IMG/VR virus record: IMGVR_UViG_3300032245_001746
Coordinates: 255,858 to 319,857 of that record
Length of the DNA stretch: 64,000 bases
Direction: 5' to 3' (one strand)
In this document: piece after piece, positions 63,861-64,000 of the stretch
Layout of the letters: the number at the start of each line of letters is the position of its first letter
Position numbering within the stretch: the first letter of the stretch is position 1
Position numbers and translations under genes: made by a program
The notes under the pieces: generated by a model
The model's input: only the letters and a program-made list of their open reading frames with translations
Told to the model about the DNA's origin: nothing
Database searches by the model: none

Positions 63861-63897
63861 AAAAAACAAAATTAGCTAGTTTTCTAGCTAATTTTGT
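63861..63897 (-). terminator. Intrinsic terminator
   Basis: ACAAAATTAGCTAG/CTAGCTAATTTTGT with U-tract. Confidence 0.75.
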
Positions 63898-63900
63898 AAT

Positions 63901-64000
<100 letters not shown>

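Overview
AT-rich, gene-dense fragment that looks like the early/accessory region of a large dsDNA phage. This is inferred from roughly 170 small co-oriented ORFs, six CCA-less tRNAs, typical phage accessory enzymes, and no structural, replication, rRNA or housekeeping operons. Bases 1-1562 are transcribed on +, everything from about 1544 onward on -. Bases 1-5.4 kb form a very AT-rich block (glf, sulfotransferase-like and BtpA-like genes) with canonical TGnTATAAT promoters. From 5516 onward the window is an array of gene and RNA cassettes delimited by about 78 same-orientation copies (manual count) of a 16-bp element: minus strand AGTTTGATTGTACAAT, containing the perfect palindrome ATTGTACAAT and a -10-like TACAAT. 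The element acts like a promoter for the downstream unit and in at least 24 cases supplies the stop codon of the upstream gene. Cargo includes an 11-member CKGCIFGQALQNMGW family, a 9-member GFKATY/GFHYC family with YD-like repeats, two AT-hook proteins, very acidic mini-proteins, and NADAR, NUDT16-like Nudix, OGFr-like, receiver-like, metallophosphoesterase and nucleotidyltransferase genes. It also carries three tRNA-Lys(UUU) variants and several apparently non-coding structured RNAs, including a three-copy covarying pseudoknot and a triple-hairpin leader in front of a 576-aa TerD-like protein. All calls come from reading the sequence by eye and no database search was run. Many ORF-track starts (MIVQ.../MYN...) are artefacts of the repeat and have been trimmed to the next RBS-supported start.
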